Part shown: in pieces, positions 28,833 through 37,736 of the stretch
How positions within the stretch are numbered: the stretch's first letter is position 1
How the letters are laid out: the number at the start of each line of letters is the position of its first letter
Origin: Nitrospirota bacterium
GTDB taxonomy: Bacteria > Nitrospirota > Thermodesulfovibrionia > Thermodesulfovibrionales > Dissulfurispiraceae
NCBI GenBank assembly: GCA_040758355.1
Contig: JBFLWF010000002.1
Coordinates: 1-64,000 of the forward strand
Direction of reading: 5' to 3'
Length of the DNA: 64,000 nt
Notes under the pieces: generated by a model
The model's database searches: none
The model's input: only the letters and a program-made list of their open reading frames with translations
What the model was told of the DNA's origin: nothing
Translations under genes and position numbers: made by a program

Positions 28833-31800
28833 ATGCAAATCCTCGAATATAATGATATCGACTATTTAAAGGTAAGGCGTCAATACGAAAAGGTTGTTGG
28901 CTGCATCGAGAGAGAAGACTTCCGCTCTGCAGACGTCAAAAAGCTTACCGAACACGGATTATACAGCGCAAGGCTCGATGATTCCAATCGCCTGTTGTTT
29001 AAGCTCGTCAAGCACCAAGGTAAGACCTATGCCCTGATGCTTGAGGTAGTGCTCAATCACGCTTATGACAAGTCAAAATTTCTGCGGGGGGCAAAGATTG
29101 ATGAAGCAAAAATCCCTCCAATTTCTGACAGGCCAGAGATAAAAGAAGAGACACTGCCGTCAGTTGTTTATATTAATCCCGGCAATAAGCGATTTCATTT
29201 TCTTGACAAGGTTATCTCCTTTGACCCCGAGCAGCAGGATATATATAGGGCGCACCCGCCGATTATTATTATCGGCCCGGCAGGAAGCGGCAAGACAGCG
29301 CTTACGCTTGAAAAGATGAAGCGATTTCACGGAAACGGCATTTATGTTACCCTTTCGCCTTATCTTTCCGAAAATGCGAGGAATCTCTATTACAGCCATC
29401 ACTATGAGAATGACGACCAGGAGATCTCTTTTCTCTCTTTCAGGGAATTCCTTGAGACAATGCAGGTGCCCGAGGGCAGAGAGATAAGATACAATGCCTT
29501 TGCCCATTGGCTGCTCAGGTTTCCGCGGCAGCAGCGAGTTGCAGACGCTCATCGCCTGTATGAGGAATTCCGCGGCGTGATAACAGGCTCTATTGTTGAC
29601 AAACCGTATCTCAGCCGCGATGAACACCTGAATCTCGGCGTCAGGCAGTCTATCTATCTGGATAATGAGCGGGAAATGGTTTATACCCTTTTTGAGAAAT
29701 ATCTCACTTTCCTCAAGGAAAACGGCTTTTATGATCCGAATATCCTTGCCCACGGCTATCTGAAAAATGTCCGGCAGGTTTATGATTTCGTGGTTGTTGA
29801 TGAGGTGCAGGACATTACAAACATTCAACTCCAGATTGTTCTTAGAAGCCTTAAAAATCCGGACAATTTCATCCTCTGCGGAGATTCAAATCAGATAGTG
29901 CATCCCAATTTCTTTTCATGGAGCGGACTGAAGTCCATGCTCTACAATAGCGCATCATTTGAGACAAAAAAGGTGACCAGAATCTTGCAGTCAAACTTCC
30001 GCAACTCAAGGTCAATAACAGAGCTTTCAAACAGACTTATAAGGATTAAACAAAAACGTTTTGGCTCTATAGACAGGGAAAGCACATATCTAATGAACAG
30101 CCTATCAGAGGACGCAGGGGAGATAGTATTTTTAAAAGATACTGACAGGGTTAAAAGCGAGATAAACAAAAATATAAGGCGCTCCACAAAATTTGCCCTG
30201 ATAGTTATGCGCGACGAAGAAAAGGCATTGGCGCGCAAATCCTTCGACACTCCGCTTTTGTTCAGCATCCATGAGGCCAAGGGGCTTGAGTATGAAAATG
30301 CGATACTCCTGAATTTTGTCTCTGGCGAGCGCCAGAGCTTTCAGGAGATAATCAAAGGAGTCGGCGAAGAAGACCTCGAAGGAGAAATCCGCTATATGCG
30401 GGCATCCGACAAGACTGATAAGTCTCTTGAGGTCTATAAATTTTTCATAAACTCTCTTTATGTGGCTGTTACCCGCGCAGTAAAAAGGCTTTATATAATA
30501 GAGGGCGATATAGGGCATCCCCTCCTTCAGATGCTTGGACTGCGCAATGCCCTTGAGAGCGTATCATTACATGCAGGACAATCAACAAATGAAGAATGGC
30601 AGGCAGAGGCACGCAGGCTTGAGCTTCAGGGCAAACAGGAGCAGGCGGATGAGATACGGCGCTCTATATTAAAGATGCAGCCCGTGCCGTGGGATATTAT
30701 TACGCCGCAAAAGGCTATTGCGATGGCGAATCAGATACGCACTGCAAAAGATAATCCGCAAAGACCGAGGAAATTCCTTTTTGATTATGCCCTATTTTAT
30801 GATAGTCCAAAGATCATCGAGTTTCTGAGCACGTACAATTTTGACAAGGCGAGACAGATCCATTTAATACGGCATGGAGAGCCATTTTTCAACTACTCGC
30901 TGTATGAGCAGCAAAAGACAAACCTTGCGGCAAGGAGTCTTCAGAAGTACTCAAGCGGTTTTTATACGGAGGTTATCAGGCATTGCGAGATTTACGGCGT
31001 TGACCACCGCACGGAATTCAATGCGACCCCTCTGATGCTCGCTGCAAGGGCGGGCAATATCGCCCTGATTAAAGAACTGCTGTCTGCCGGAGCAGATATG
31101 GACCTGACAGATAACTGCGGCCTGACTGCATGGCAGGCCGCGCTTCAGAAGGCAATTCTGGATAAGAAATTTGCGTCATCCGTATTTCCCCAGATAAATG
31201 AACTGCTTGCGCCGTCAAGCGTGAGTTTAAAGGTTGAAGACAGGCTTATCAAGCTTGGCAGTAGTCAGGGAGAGTTTATGCTCTTTCATATCTTTTTTGC
31301 GCTGCTGCCTCACAGGTTTAACCATCTATCAGCGCATGCTATTCCTCTTACCGCTGTTCAACTATCTGAGATAGCCGCGCTGCTTCCCGACATCGTAATT
31401 GCGGAATACAGAAAGAAGCGGCAGTACATATCAGGACTTCTTTCCAAAAACGAGACAGACAGCACAAATCCTTACTCGAGGAAAATCTTTAAGCGAAAAC
31501 GAACAGGCTATTATATCCTGAATCCAGCTATCCAGATACGGCAGAAGGATGAATGGCTGGATATTTATAAATTTGCCGGAATCGAGCTCATTGGCCGCAT
31601 TGTTTCGGATGATGAAAGTTCATATCAATCGTTCTTGCTTTATCTGACGGCAGGCATTTCAGAAGAAATAATACCTAAAAAGAGAAAGCCAGCGCAGCAG
31701 GGAAAATGCCAAACAGACGGAAATCGAGTCGTGCCAATAGAGTCGATTAAAAAATCAGAGGCATTGGCAAGATTGGCATTGGAGCTTGCTAAACAAGAGC

Positions 31801-31859
31801 GCTTGAAACAGCAGCAATTGAACATGGAGATAGGCGAGGATAAAAATGAACAGACTTGA
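28833..31859 (+). CDS. SF1 (UvrD/Rep-like) helicase with N-terminal RelE-like domain and C-terminal ankyrin repeats
   Basis: GPAGSGKT, VVVDEVQD, GDSNQ, NFRNS, HEAKGLEY, LYVAVTRA; ankyrin TPLMLAARAGNIALIKELLSAGAD. Confidence 0.82.
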   Translation: MQILEYNDIDYLKVRRQYEKVVGCIEREDFRSADVKKLTEHGLYSARLDDSNRLLFKLVKHQGKTYALMLEVVLNHAYDKSKFLRGAKIDEAKIPPISDRPEIKEETLPSVVYINPGNKRFHFLDKVISFDPEQQDIYRAHPPIIIIGPAGSGKTALTLEKMKRFHGNGIYVTLSPYLSENARNLYYSHHYENDDQEISFLSFREFLETMQVPEGREIRYNAFAHWLLRFPRQQRVADAHRLYEEFRGVITGSIVDKPYLSRDEHLNLGVRQSIYLDNEREMVYTLFEKYLTFLKENGFYDPNILAHGYLKNVRQVYDFVVVDEVQDITNIQLQIVLRSLKNPDNFILCGDSNQIVHPNFFSWSGLKSMLYNSASFETKKVTRILQSNFRNSRSITELSNRLIRIKQKRFGSIDRESTYLMNSLSEDAGEIVFLKDTDRVKSEINKNIRRSTKFALIVMRDEEKALARKSFDTPLLFSIHEAKGLEYENAILLNFVSGERQSFQEIIKGVGEEDLEGEIRYMRASDKTDKSLEVYKFFINSLYVAVTRAVKRLYIIEGDIGHPLLQMLGLRNALESVSLHAGQSTNEEWQAEARRLELQGKQEQADEIRRSILKMQPVPWDIITPQKAIAMANQIRTAKDNPQRPRKFLFDYALFYDSPKIIEFLSTYNFDKARQIHLIRHGEPFFNYSLYEQQKTNLAARSLQKYSSGFYTEVIRHCEIYGVDHRTEFNATPLMLAARAGNIALIKELLSAGADMDLTDNCGLTAWQAALQKAILDKKFASSVFPQINELLAPSSVSLKVEDRLIKLGSSQGEFMLFHIFFALLPHRFNHLSAHAIPLTAVQLSEIAALLPDIVIAEYRKKRQYISGLLSKNETDSTNPYSRKIFKRKRTGYYILNPAIQIRQKDEWLDIYKFAGIELIGRIVSDDESSYQSFLLYLTAGISEEIIPKKRKPAQQGKCQTDGNRVVPIESIKKSEALARLALELAKQERLKQQQLNMEIGEDKNEQT

Positions 31860-32958
31860 TAAACAAACCGCATTAAAGCTTCTTAAATCCTCCGACCTTC
31901 TTGGGCTTGGAGAGCGTGCTGATAATATCAGGAAAAATCTCCATCCCGAGGGTATTGTCACATTCATTGTTGACAGGAATATCAATTACACAAATGTCTG
32001 CATTAATAAATGCAGGTTCTGTGCATTTTACCGTGATGTGGAAAGCCCTGATGCTTACCTTCTCAGCATGGATGATCTCTTTAAAAAAATAGACGAGACC
32101 GTTTCCCTCGGCGGTACGCAGATTCTTCTTCAGGGAGGGATACATCCTGAGCTTGGGTTGGATTACTATACTAATCTCCTGAAATCCATTAAGGACAGGT
32201 ATTCTATAAACATACACGGCTTCTCACCACCAGAAGTAAACTACCTTGCAGAAAGGCATGACATTACAATCAGAGAGACCTTGCTGATATTGAGACAGGC
32301 AGGGCTGGATTCGATACCGGGAGGCGGAGCAGAGATACTTTCAGACAGAGTGCGAGAAGTCTTAAGCCCGAAAAAGATAAAATCATCTCAATGGCTGAAT
32401 GTCATGGAAGAAGCCCATAAAATAGGGATGAGGACAACAGCGACCATGATGTTCGGCAGCGTTGAAGAACCTGAAGATATAATCGAGCACCTCGATGCAA
32501 TAAGGACTCTTCAGGACAAAACAGGAGGCTTTACCGCATTTATCCCGTGGTCTTTCCAGCCTAAGAATACTGAAATAGGGTCAAGGGTCAACAGTCAACG
32601 GTCAAAGGGGACTGTCCCAGATTTACGGACTGAGCGAAGCGAAGTCGTAGAATCGGGACTGTCCCCGTGGGGTGCTACTGCTGTGGATTATTTAAGAGTG
32701 CTTTCACTATCGAGGATATATCTCGATAATGTGAGAAACATTCAGGCATCATGGGTTACGCAGGGACTGAAGCTTGCACAGGTTGCATTGAGATTTGGAG
32801 CCAATGATTTCGGCTCTACAATGATAGAGGAGAATGTTGTCAGGGCAGCAGGCGTGAGTTACCGTGTATCGAAAGAGGACATAATACAGGCAATAAAAAG
32901 CGCAGGATTCAAGGCTGCGCAGAGGGATACGTATTATAATCTAATAAAGGAATTTTAG
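31846..32958 (+). CDS. mqnC: Cyclic dehypoxanthinyl futalosine synthase (radical SAM)
   Basis: DRNINYTNVCINKCRFCAFYR, LLQGGIHP, ATMMFG, FIPWSFQ, QASWVTQG, GSTMIEENVV. Confidence 0.92.
   Translation: MNRLDKQTALKLLKSSDLLGLGERADNIRKNLHPEGIVTFIVDRNINYTNVCINKCRFCAFYRDVESPDAYLLSMDDLFKKIDETVSLGGTQILLQGGIHPELGLDYYTNLLKSIKDRYSINIHGFSPPEVNYLAERHDITIRETLLILRQAGLDSIPGGGAEILSDRVREVLSPKKIKSSQWLNVMEEAHKIGMRTTATMMFGSVEEPEDIIEHLDAIRTLQDKTGGFTAFIPWSFQPKNTEIGSRVNSQRSKGTVPDLRTERSEVVESGLSPWGATAVDYLRVLSLSRIYLDNVRNIQASWVTQGLKLAQVALRFGANDFGSTMIEENVVRAAGVSYRVSKEDIIQAIKSAGFKAAQRDTYYNLIKEF
32577..32666 (+). repeat. Composite in-frame insertion in mqnC: 7-nt array (AGGGTCA-type x4) followed by a 60-bp REP-like hairpin
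   Basis: agggtca agggtca acagtca acggtca aa + ggggactgtccc...gagcgaagcga...gggactgtcccc (32607-32666). Confidence 0.85.
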
Positions 32959-32966
32959 GAGGTCTT

Positions 32967-33908
32967 ATGTCGGAGTTATATGATGTAGTTATAATCGGCG
33001 GCGGCCCTGGTGGCCTTAGCGCTGCCCAGTATGCATCGAGGGCAAAGCTTAAGACAGTTGTTATTGATAAATCTGCAACTGCAGGCGCACTTGCATTTGC
33101 AAGCCTGATAGAGAATTATCCGGGCCTCGAAAGGCCTGTAACAGGCAAGGAATTGCTCGATATATTCCGCAAGCAGTCCATTGATTTCGGTGCAGAGTAT
33201 GTTGAGGCGCAGGTCATAGGCGTTTCGCTTGAAGGAGAGACAAAACAGGTCTTTACAATGGATAAAACGTATGAAGGGAAGACCGTTATTATTGCTACAG
33301 GTTCTATGGGAAGGAAGCCTACTATTAAAGGCGAGGCTGATTTTCTTGGCAGGGGCGTAAGCTACTGCGCTGTCTGCGATGCCGCATTTTTTAAGAGTAA
33401 GACCGTATGCGTTTTAGGCGATTCCGAAGAGGCCGCCAAAGAGGCAGCGTATTTGTCGAAGTTCGCAGAGACGGTTTATCTCATATCGCCGTCTAAGAAA
33501 TTGAAGGTGGATGACGACTATCCTGCATTAAAGATTCCGAATTTAAAAGTTATTTTAGGCAACACGGTAACATCAATAGAAGGAGATGAGCTTGTTGAGA
33601 GGATAAGGCTGAAAGATGCAGAAGGAAGTGAAAGAGCTATCGAGCTTTCAGGAGTATTTGTCTATCTTCATGGAAGCAAGCCTGTAATCGATTTTCTTCA
33701 GGGTGCAGTAGAGGTCTCGGAGGAGGAGTGCGTGTCCACAAACAAGATGATGGAGACAAATATCCCGGGTGTGTTCAGTGCAGGGGATGTGACATGTACG
33801 GAGGTGAGGCAGGTTGTGGTTGCAGCAGCGCATGGGTGTATTGCTGCGCTTTCGGCGGAGAAGTATATCTTCCACAGGAAGAGGAGAAGGTACGACTGGC
33901 ATGGATAA
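32967..33908 (+). CDS. trxB: Thioredoxin reductase
   Basis: GGGPGG, ENYPG, IATG, GVSYCAVCD, AGDV. Confidence 0.88.
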   Translation: MSELYDVVIIGGGPGGLSAAQYASRAKLKTVVIDKSATAGALAFASLIENYPGLERPVTGKELLDIFRKQSIDFGAEYVEAQVIGVSLEGETKQVFTMDKTYEGKTVIIATGSMGRKPTIKGEADFLGRGVSYCAVCDAAFFKSKTVCVLGDSEEAAKEAAYLSKFAETVYLISPSKKLKVDDDYPALKIPNLKVILGNTVTSIEGDELVERIRLKDAEGSERAIELSGVFVYLHGSKPVIDFLQGAVEVSEEECVSTNKMMETNIPGVFSAGDVTCTEVRQVVVAAAHGCIAALSAEKYIFHRKRRRYDWHG

Positions 33909-34281
33909 TGAATTAAAGGCAATGGTTCTGGATTACATGGAAAAAGGGTTTCTTGAGAACATCATCGATATGTTCAGGCATGATGAAAGCCTTTTCCCAA
34001 TGATAATCGATATGATGAAGGACGAAAGGGTGCGTGTGAGGCTTGGGGCTACTGCCCTCGTGGAGGAGTTGATAAAGCTTAAGCCAGAGCCGCTCATAAG
34101 GATGATTCCAGATATTGCGGAACTCCTGAAGGATGAAAATCCGACTGTCCGGGGCGACGGGGCAAATCTTCTTGACATTATAAAACATCAGGATGCACTT
34201 CCTTTTCTTTTAATTGCCGGAAACGATGCTGATTCAAATGTGAGAGAAATCGTCAAAGACGCAATTCAGAATATCCAGTAA
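33901..34281 (+). CDS. HEAT-repeat protein
   Basis: LLKDENPTVRGDGA and DADSNVRE HEAT motifs; ATG at 33901 overlapping the trxB end. Confidence 0.8.
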   Translation: MDNELKAMVLDYMEKGFLENIIDMFRHDESLFPMIIDMMKDERVRVRLGATALVEELIKLKPEPLIRMIPDIAELLKDENPTVRGDGANLLDIIKHQDALPFLLIAGNDADSNVREIVKDAIQNIQ

Positions 34282-34372
34282 TCTTTGTTTAATTTTTATT
34301 TAATGGCAGGTTGATTTTTTGTAGGCGAATGTGCCATTATAAATACGGAGTTTCAGAAGTTTTTGAACTGGT

Positions 34373-34408
34373 AAGGCCACAAAGACTTTTAGCTTTGTGG
34401 CCTTTTTT
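34373..34408 (+). terminator. Intrinsic terminator-like hairpin upstream of the csp gene
   Basis: aaggccacaaag / ctttgtggcctt followed by a T run. Confidence 0.7.
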
Positions 34409-34460
34409 ATTAAGGTAACAGTTTCTGGGGCTTTAGTTTGTAAGTAAGGAGGTAAAAGAA

Positions 34461-34661
34461 ATGGCTAATGGAACAGTGAAGTGGTTCAATGAATCCAAGG
34501 GTTTTGGCTTTATAACAAGCGAAGACGGCAGTGATGTCTTTGTCCACTATTCTTCCATCCAGAGCAATGGATTCAAGTCCCTTGCCGAGGGTGACTCAGT
34601 CAGCTTTGATACTGAAAAGGGACCGAAAGGCCCCAAGGCGATCAATGTAGTGAAGCTGTAA
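34461..34661 (+). CDS. Cold-shock protein (CspA family)
   Basis: GTVKWFN..KGFGFI (RNP1), DVFVHYS (RNP2); AGGAGG SD. Confidence 0.97.
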   Translation: MANGTVKWFNESKGFGFITSEDGSDVFVHYSSIQSNGFKSLAEGDSVSFDTEKGPKGPKAINVVKL

Positions 34662-34669
34662 TTGACAAT

Positions 34670-34708
34670 ATCCCCCTTGCTACTGCACTGCAGGGGGGAT
34701 TTTATTTT
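34670..34708 (+). terminator. Intrinsic terminator after csp
   Basis: atcccccttgc / gcaggggggat + tttatttt. Confidence 0.7.
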
Positions 34709-34718
34709 AGAGGAGATA

Positions 34719-35099
34719 ATGACTAATAGAAATAATTATGCTGCAAAGATGGCATTAAAAAGGCAGAGCAGGTCTGCTGCCGGTCTTGTTTCAGAACGGT
34801 TCCCTCAGGTTTTAGACATTGTAATCCATATGACCTATTATCAAAAGGGACCAAATCCGGTTCTTATGCTGCGTACTGTAAATATCTTTCCTGCCTCTTA
34901 TGCCTATTTTAAGATGGATTGTGTGATAAAAGGCTGTGACGGGGGCGGTTTTGACCTGACATCTGTAGTTGACGACATGGTTAAAACCCATAAGAGGGTG
35001 AAAAAGGGGGCTCTTGTTTGTCGTGGAAAAACCGATACTCATTCTCCTGACCATGCAAGTATCGAGTATGACATCGCGATAAAGTATAACAAAGCTTAG
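34719..35099 (+). CDS. Hypothetical protein with Cys motifs (C-x3-C..GGFDL..C)
   Basis: AGGAG SD before ATG 34719. Confidence 0.7.
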   Translation: MTNRNNYAAKMALKRQSRSAAGLVSERFPQVLDIVIHMTYYQKGPNPVLMLRTVNIFPASYAYFKMDCVIKGCDGGGFDLTSVVDDMVKTHKRVKKGALVCRGKTDTHSPDHASIEYDIAIKYNKA

Positions 35100-35136
35100 A
35101 CAAGCATAAAGACGAATTTCACTGAGAGGAGGACCC

Positions 35137-35286
35137 TTGGCAAGAGCCGGAGCATATAAGAGCGAGAAGAGAAAAAAGGAATTATTGAGGCAGAAAAAAC
35201 AGGAAGAGAAGAGACAGCGGCGATTAAAAAAGGACTCGACAACAGACGAAAAAGATGAACAGAAGACTATCGAAGAAAAAGAGTAA
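35137..35286 (+). CDS. Small basic hypothetical protein (49 aa, not in the ORF track)
   Basis: AGGAGG SD then TTG; MARAGAYKSEKRKKELLRQKKQEEKRQRRLKK... Confidence 0.65.
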   Translation: MARAGAYKSEKRKKELLRQKKQEEKRQRRLKKDSTTDEKDEQKTIEEKE

Positions 35287-35316
35287 CAGCCAGGCCCCTG
35301 AGTAACACTCCTTAAT

Positions 35317-36213
35317 TTAAATCCTTGCCTTTGCCGATTTTACGGTATTCTCAAGAAGCATTGCGATAGTTACAGGTCCTACACCGCCGGGCACAGGCGT
35401 AATCAGGGACGCCTTTTTCGATACGCTATCGAAATCTATATCACCAACCACACGGCTGTTTTCGAGGACATTTATTCCTATATCAACAACAACGACGCCG
35501 TCTTTTACCATGTCACCAGTGATGAGATTCGGCCTTCCTGCAGCAACGCATAAAATATCTGCCTGCCGCGTCATCTCTGCAAGATTCTTTGTCTCCCTGT
35601 GGCAGACAGTGACAGTTGCCTCTTTTGTCAAAAGCATGAGGGACAGGGGTTTTCCCACCGCGAGGCTCTTTCCTATTACAACAGCATGCTTTCCTTTTAT
35701 TTCCACATTATAATATTCAAGCAGCCTTATTACACCAAATGGCGTACACGGCAAGAAACCCAGATGTTGTGTTATTGCCGGATCGTACTGTTTTGAGTAA
35801 AGCTGGAGCGTTGATTCCTCAGCAGCAAACTTTCCTATTGGAATTGAGCCGAGGCCGTCAACATCCTTTTCAGGAAGTATTGAGTTTACGATTTTCCTGC
35901 TGTTTATCCTTCTCGGAAGGGGAAAGAACACGAGCAGCCCGTGAATGCGTTCATCGTTATTTATAGCATGTACAGAATTTAATAGTTCGTTCATGCTGAC
36001 CGATTCTGGAAACCTGTATTCGTAAGGTGTTATGCCTGTGCTTTTGCATGCCTTTAAGGTGGCAGAAAGATATTGCTTTGATGATAGGTTATCCCCTACG
36101 AGCATTAATGCGAGTCCTACATCAATGCCCATGCCGTCGAGCATCTCGACTTTCTGCTTTACATTGTTTTTTATCTCCTCTGCAAGTCCCTTTCCTTCCA
36201 TTATCTTTGCCAT
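35317..36213 (-). CDS. folD: Methylenetetrahydrofolate dehydrogenase/cyclohydrolase
   Basis: KDVDG, PCTP, VGKPL, TPVPGGVGPVT. Confidence 0.93.
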   Translation of the reverse strand: MAKIMEGKGLAEEIKNNVKQKVEMLDGMGIDVGLALMLVGDNLSSKQYLSATLKACKSTGITPYEYRFPESVSMNELLNSVHAINNDERIHGLLVFFPLPRRINSRKIVNSILPEKDVDGLGSIPIGKFAAEESTLQLYSKQYDPAITQHLGFLPCTPFGVIRLLEYYNVEIKGKHAVVIGKSLAVGKPLSLMLLTKEATVTVCHRETKNLAEMTRQADILCVAAGRPNLITGDMVKDGVVVVDIGINVLENSRVVGDIDFDSVSKKASLITPVPGGVGPVTIAMLLENTVKSAKARI

Positions 36214-36214
36214 G

Positions 36215-36898
36215 CTATACCCCTTTTATTGCCTTTAAAAAGGCATCTGTATCTGAAAGGTCTTTCATTACCAAATCTGCGCCGGCTTCCACAAGGCTGC
36301 TGACAGAATAAGGCCCGGTGGCAACTGCAATGCAGGATGCACCGTATGGCTTTGCACAATGGACATCCCGTGGCGTATCGCCGACTATTATGCAGTCGTT
36401 GAAATTTATTTCTTTGCCGGAAATGCCTTTAAACCTTTCTAATGCGATTGGAAGCAGTTTATTTCTGTCCTCGTCATCATTGCCGAATGCGCCTGAAGGG
36501 AAATAGCTGTTCAATCCGAAAGGATCGAGCTTTATCCGCGCCCCCTGTTCGATATTTCCTGTAAGAAGTCCGAGTTGGTAATTGCCATTTCCGGATGTAA
36601 GCATTTTTAAAGCCTCTTTAATGCCGGGTTTGACATGCTTTTTGTCATTATTTATCTCTATGACGAGATTTTTTATGTATGTATTGATAATCTCGGGAAG
36701 TATTCCGTTTTCTGACGGCAGATTGTGTTTGGCAACGCCCTCCTTCATTATCTGGATATCCGTCTTTCCTGCCATGCTGATGCCTTCGAAGGCATTGTCA
36801 ACAGAAAAAAGTTCCTTGAATGCAAGGTCTAAAGAGCGTGTTCCTGCACCTCCTGAATCGATGAGCGTGCCGTCAATATCGAACAGTATGAGCTTCAT
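36215..36898 (-). CDS. HAD family hydrolase
   Basis: LFDIDGTL, LLTGN, VGDTPRD; ATG 36898 preferred. Confidence 0.9.
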   Translation of the reverse strand: MKLILFDIDGTLIDSGGAGTRSLDLAFKELFSVDNAFEGISMAGKTDIQIMKEGVAKHNLPSENGILPEIINTYIKNLVIEINNDKKHVKPGIKEALKMLTSGNGNYQLGLLTGNIEQGARIKLDPFGLNSYFPSGAFGNDDEDRNKLLPIALERFKGISGKEINFNDCIIVGDTPRDVHCAKPYGASCIAVATGPYSVSSLVEAGADLVMKDLSDTDAFLKAIKGV

Positions 36899-36983
36899 GT
36901 GTTTACAATAATCGGTTTTCTTTCTGTAAGTCAACGGATATGCGAAGATGTTATAATAGTGCCTGAATTCGACAGGAGGTTTT

Positions 36984-37559
36984 ATGAGGGACAGACTTAT
37001 ACGATTAATTTACGAAAGGGCATTTAAATACAGCGAAGAACCGATATTCAAGCTGGTTTCGGGTCGCATGAGCAATTATTATTTCAACTGCAAGATGGTA
37101 ACGCTTAATCCCGAGGGGATGTATCTCATAGGCAATATCGTATTTGATATGATAAAAGACATGAAAGTTAAAGGCATCGGAGGCCTCACCCTCGGTGCAG
37201 ACCCGATAGCGGATGCTGTTGCCTATACGTCATATCTCAAAGAAAAACCAATCGAGGCATTTGTCGTCAGAAAGAGTGCAAAGTCCCACGGAACAATGCA
37301 GTGGATAGAAGGCGATGTAAAGGCAGGGGATGGAATTGTTATTGTTGACGATGTAATTACCACAGGCAAATCAACGATTGAGGCAATAACAAGGGCAAAG
37401 GAGGCAGGGCTTGAGATTGTTAAGGTAATTGCCCTTGTTGACAGGCAGGAAGGCGGATACGAAAACATAATGGAGCAATTGAAGGATATCAAGGTTGACT
37501 ATAAGCTTGTGGAAGCGGTTGTAACGAGGGATGATGTGATGAGATTATATAAAAAATGA
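36984..37559 (+). CDS. pyrE: Orotate phosphoribosyltransferase
   Basis: FKLVSG, GLTLGADP, VRK..K.HG, IVDDVITTG. Confidence 0.94.
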   Translation: MRDRLIRLIYERAFKYSEEPIFKLVSGRMSNYYFNCKMVTLNPEGMYLIGNIVFDMIKDMKVKGIGGLTLGADPIADAVAYTSYLKEKPIEAFVVRKSAKSHGTMQWIEGDVKAGDGIVIVDDVITTGKSTIEAITRAKEAGLEIVKVIALVDRQEGGYENIMEQLKDIKVDYKLVEAVVTRDDVMRLYKK

Positions 37560-37572
37560 CAATGATTTGCTG

Positions 37573-37736
37573 ACAGCAGGGTGGGGCTGACTTGAAGCAA
37601 AATTTCTGGGTTCTCTAAGGGGCAAAGTAACGACTGCCCCCTACTTTTGCACTGAATAGAATATTTATATTCTGTTTTAGCTTAGATAAAGCACAAAGGA
37701 TTAATAATTTTGCGAAAGTCAGTCCTACCCTGCTGT
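37573..37736. mobile_element. MITE-like element with ~21-32 bp terminal inverted repeats between convergent pyrE and mqnB
   Basis: acagcagggtggggctgactt (37573-93) vs aagtcagtcctaccctgctgt (37716-36), 19/21 match, extended by gcaaaatt/aattttgc. Confidence 0.65.

Larger units (their letters stand above)
21495..31834 (+). mobile_element. Defence island 1 inserted between mqnE and mqnC (no integrase seen)
   Basis: Mod, TcmP-like, radical SAM, Res and helicase genes separate two futalosine-pathway genes; possible GATAGG junction repeat. Confidence 0.65.

Noticed and set aside
33814..33900. N-terminal extension of the HEAT-repeat ORF
   Set aside because: Overlaps the trxB coding region; ATG 33901 is the more plausible start.
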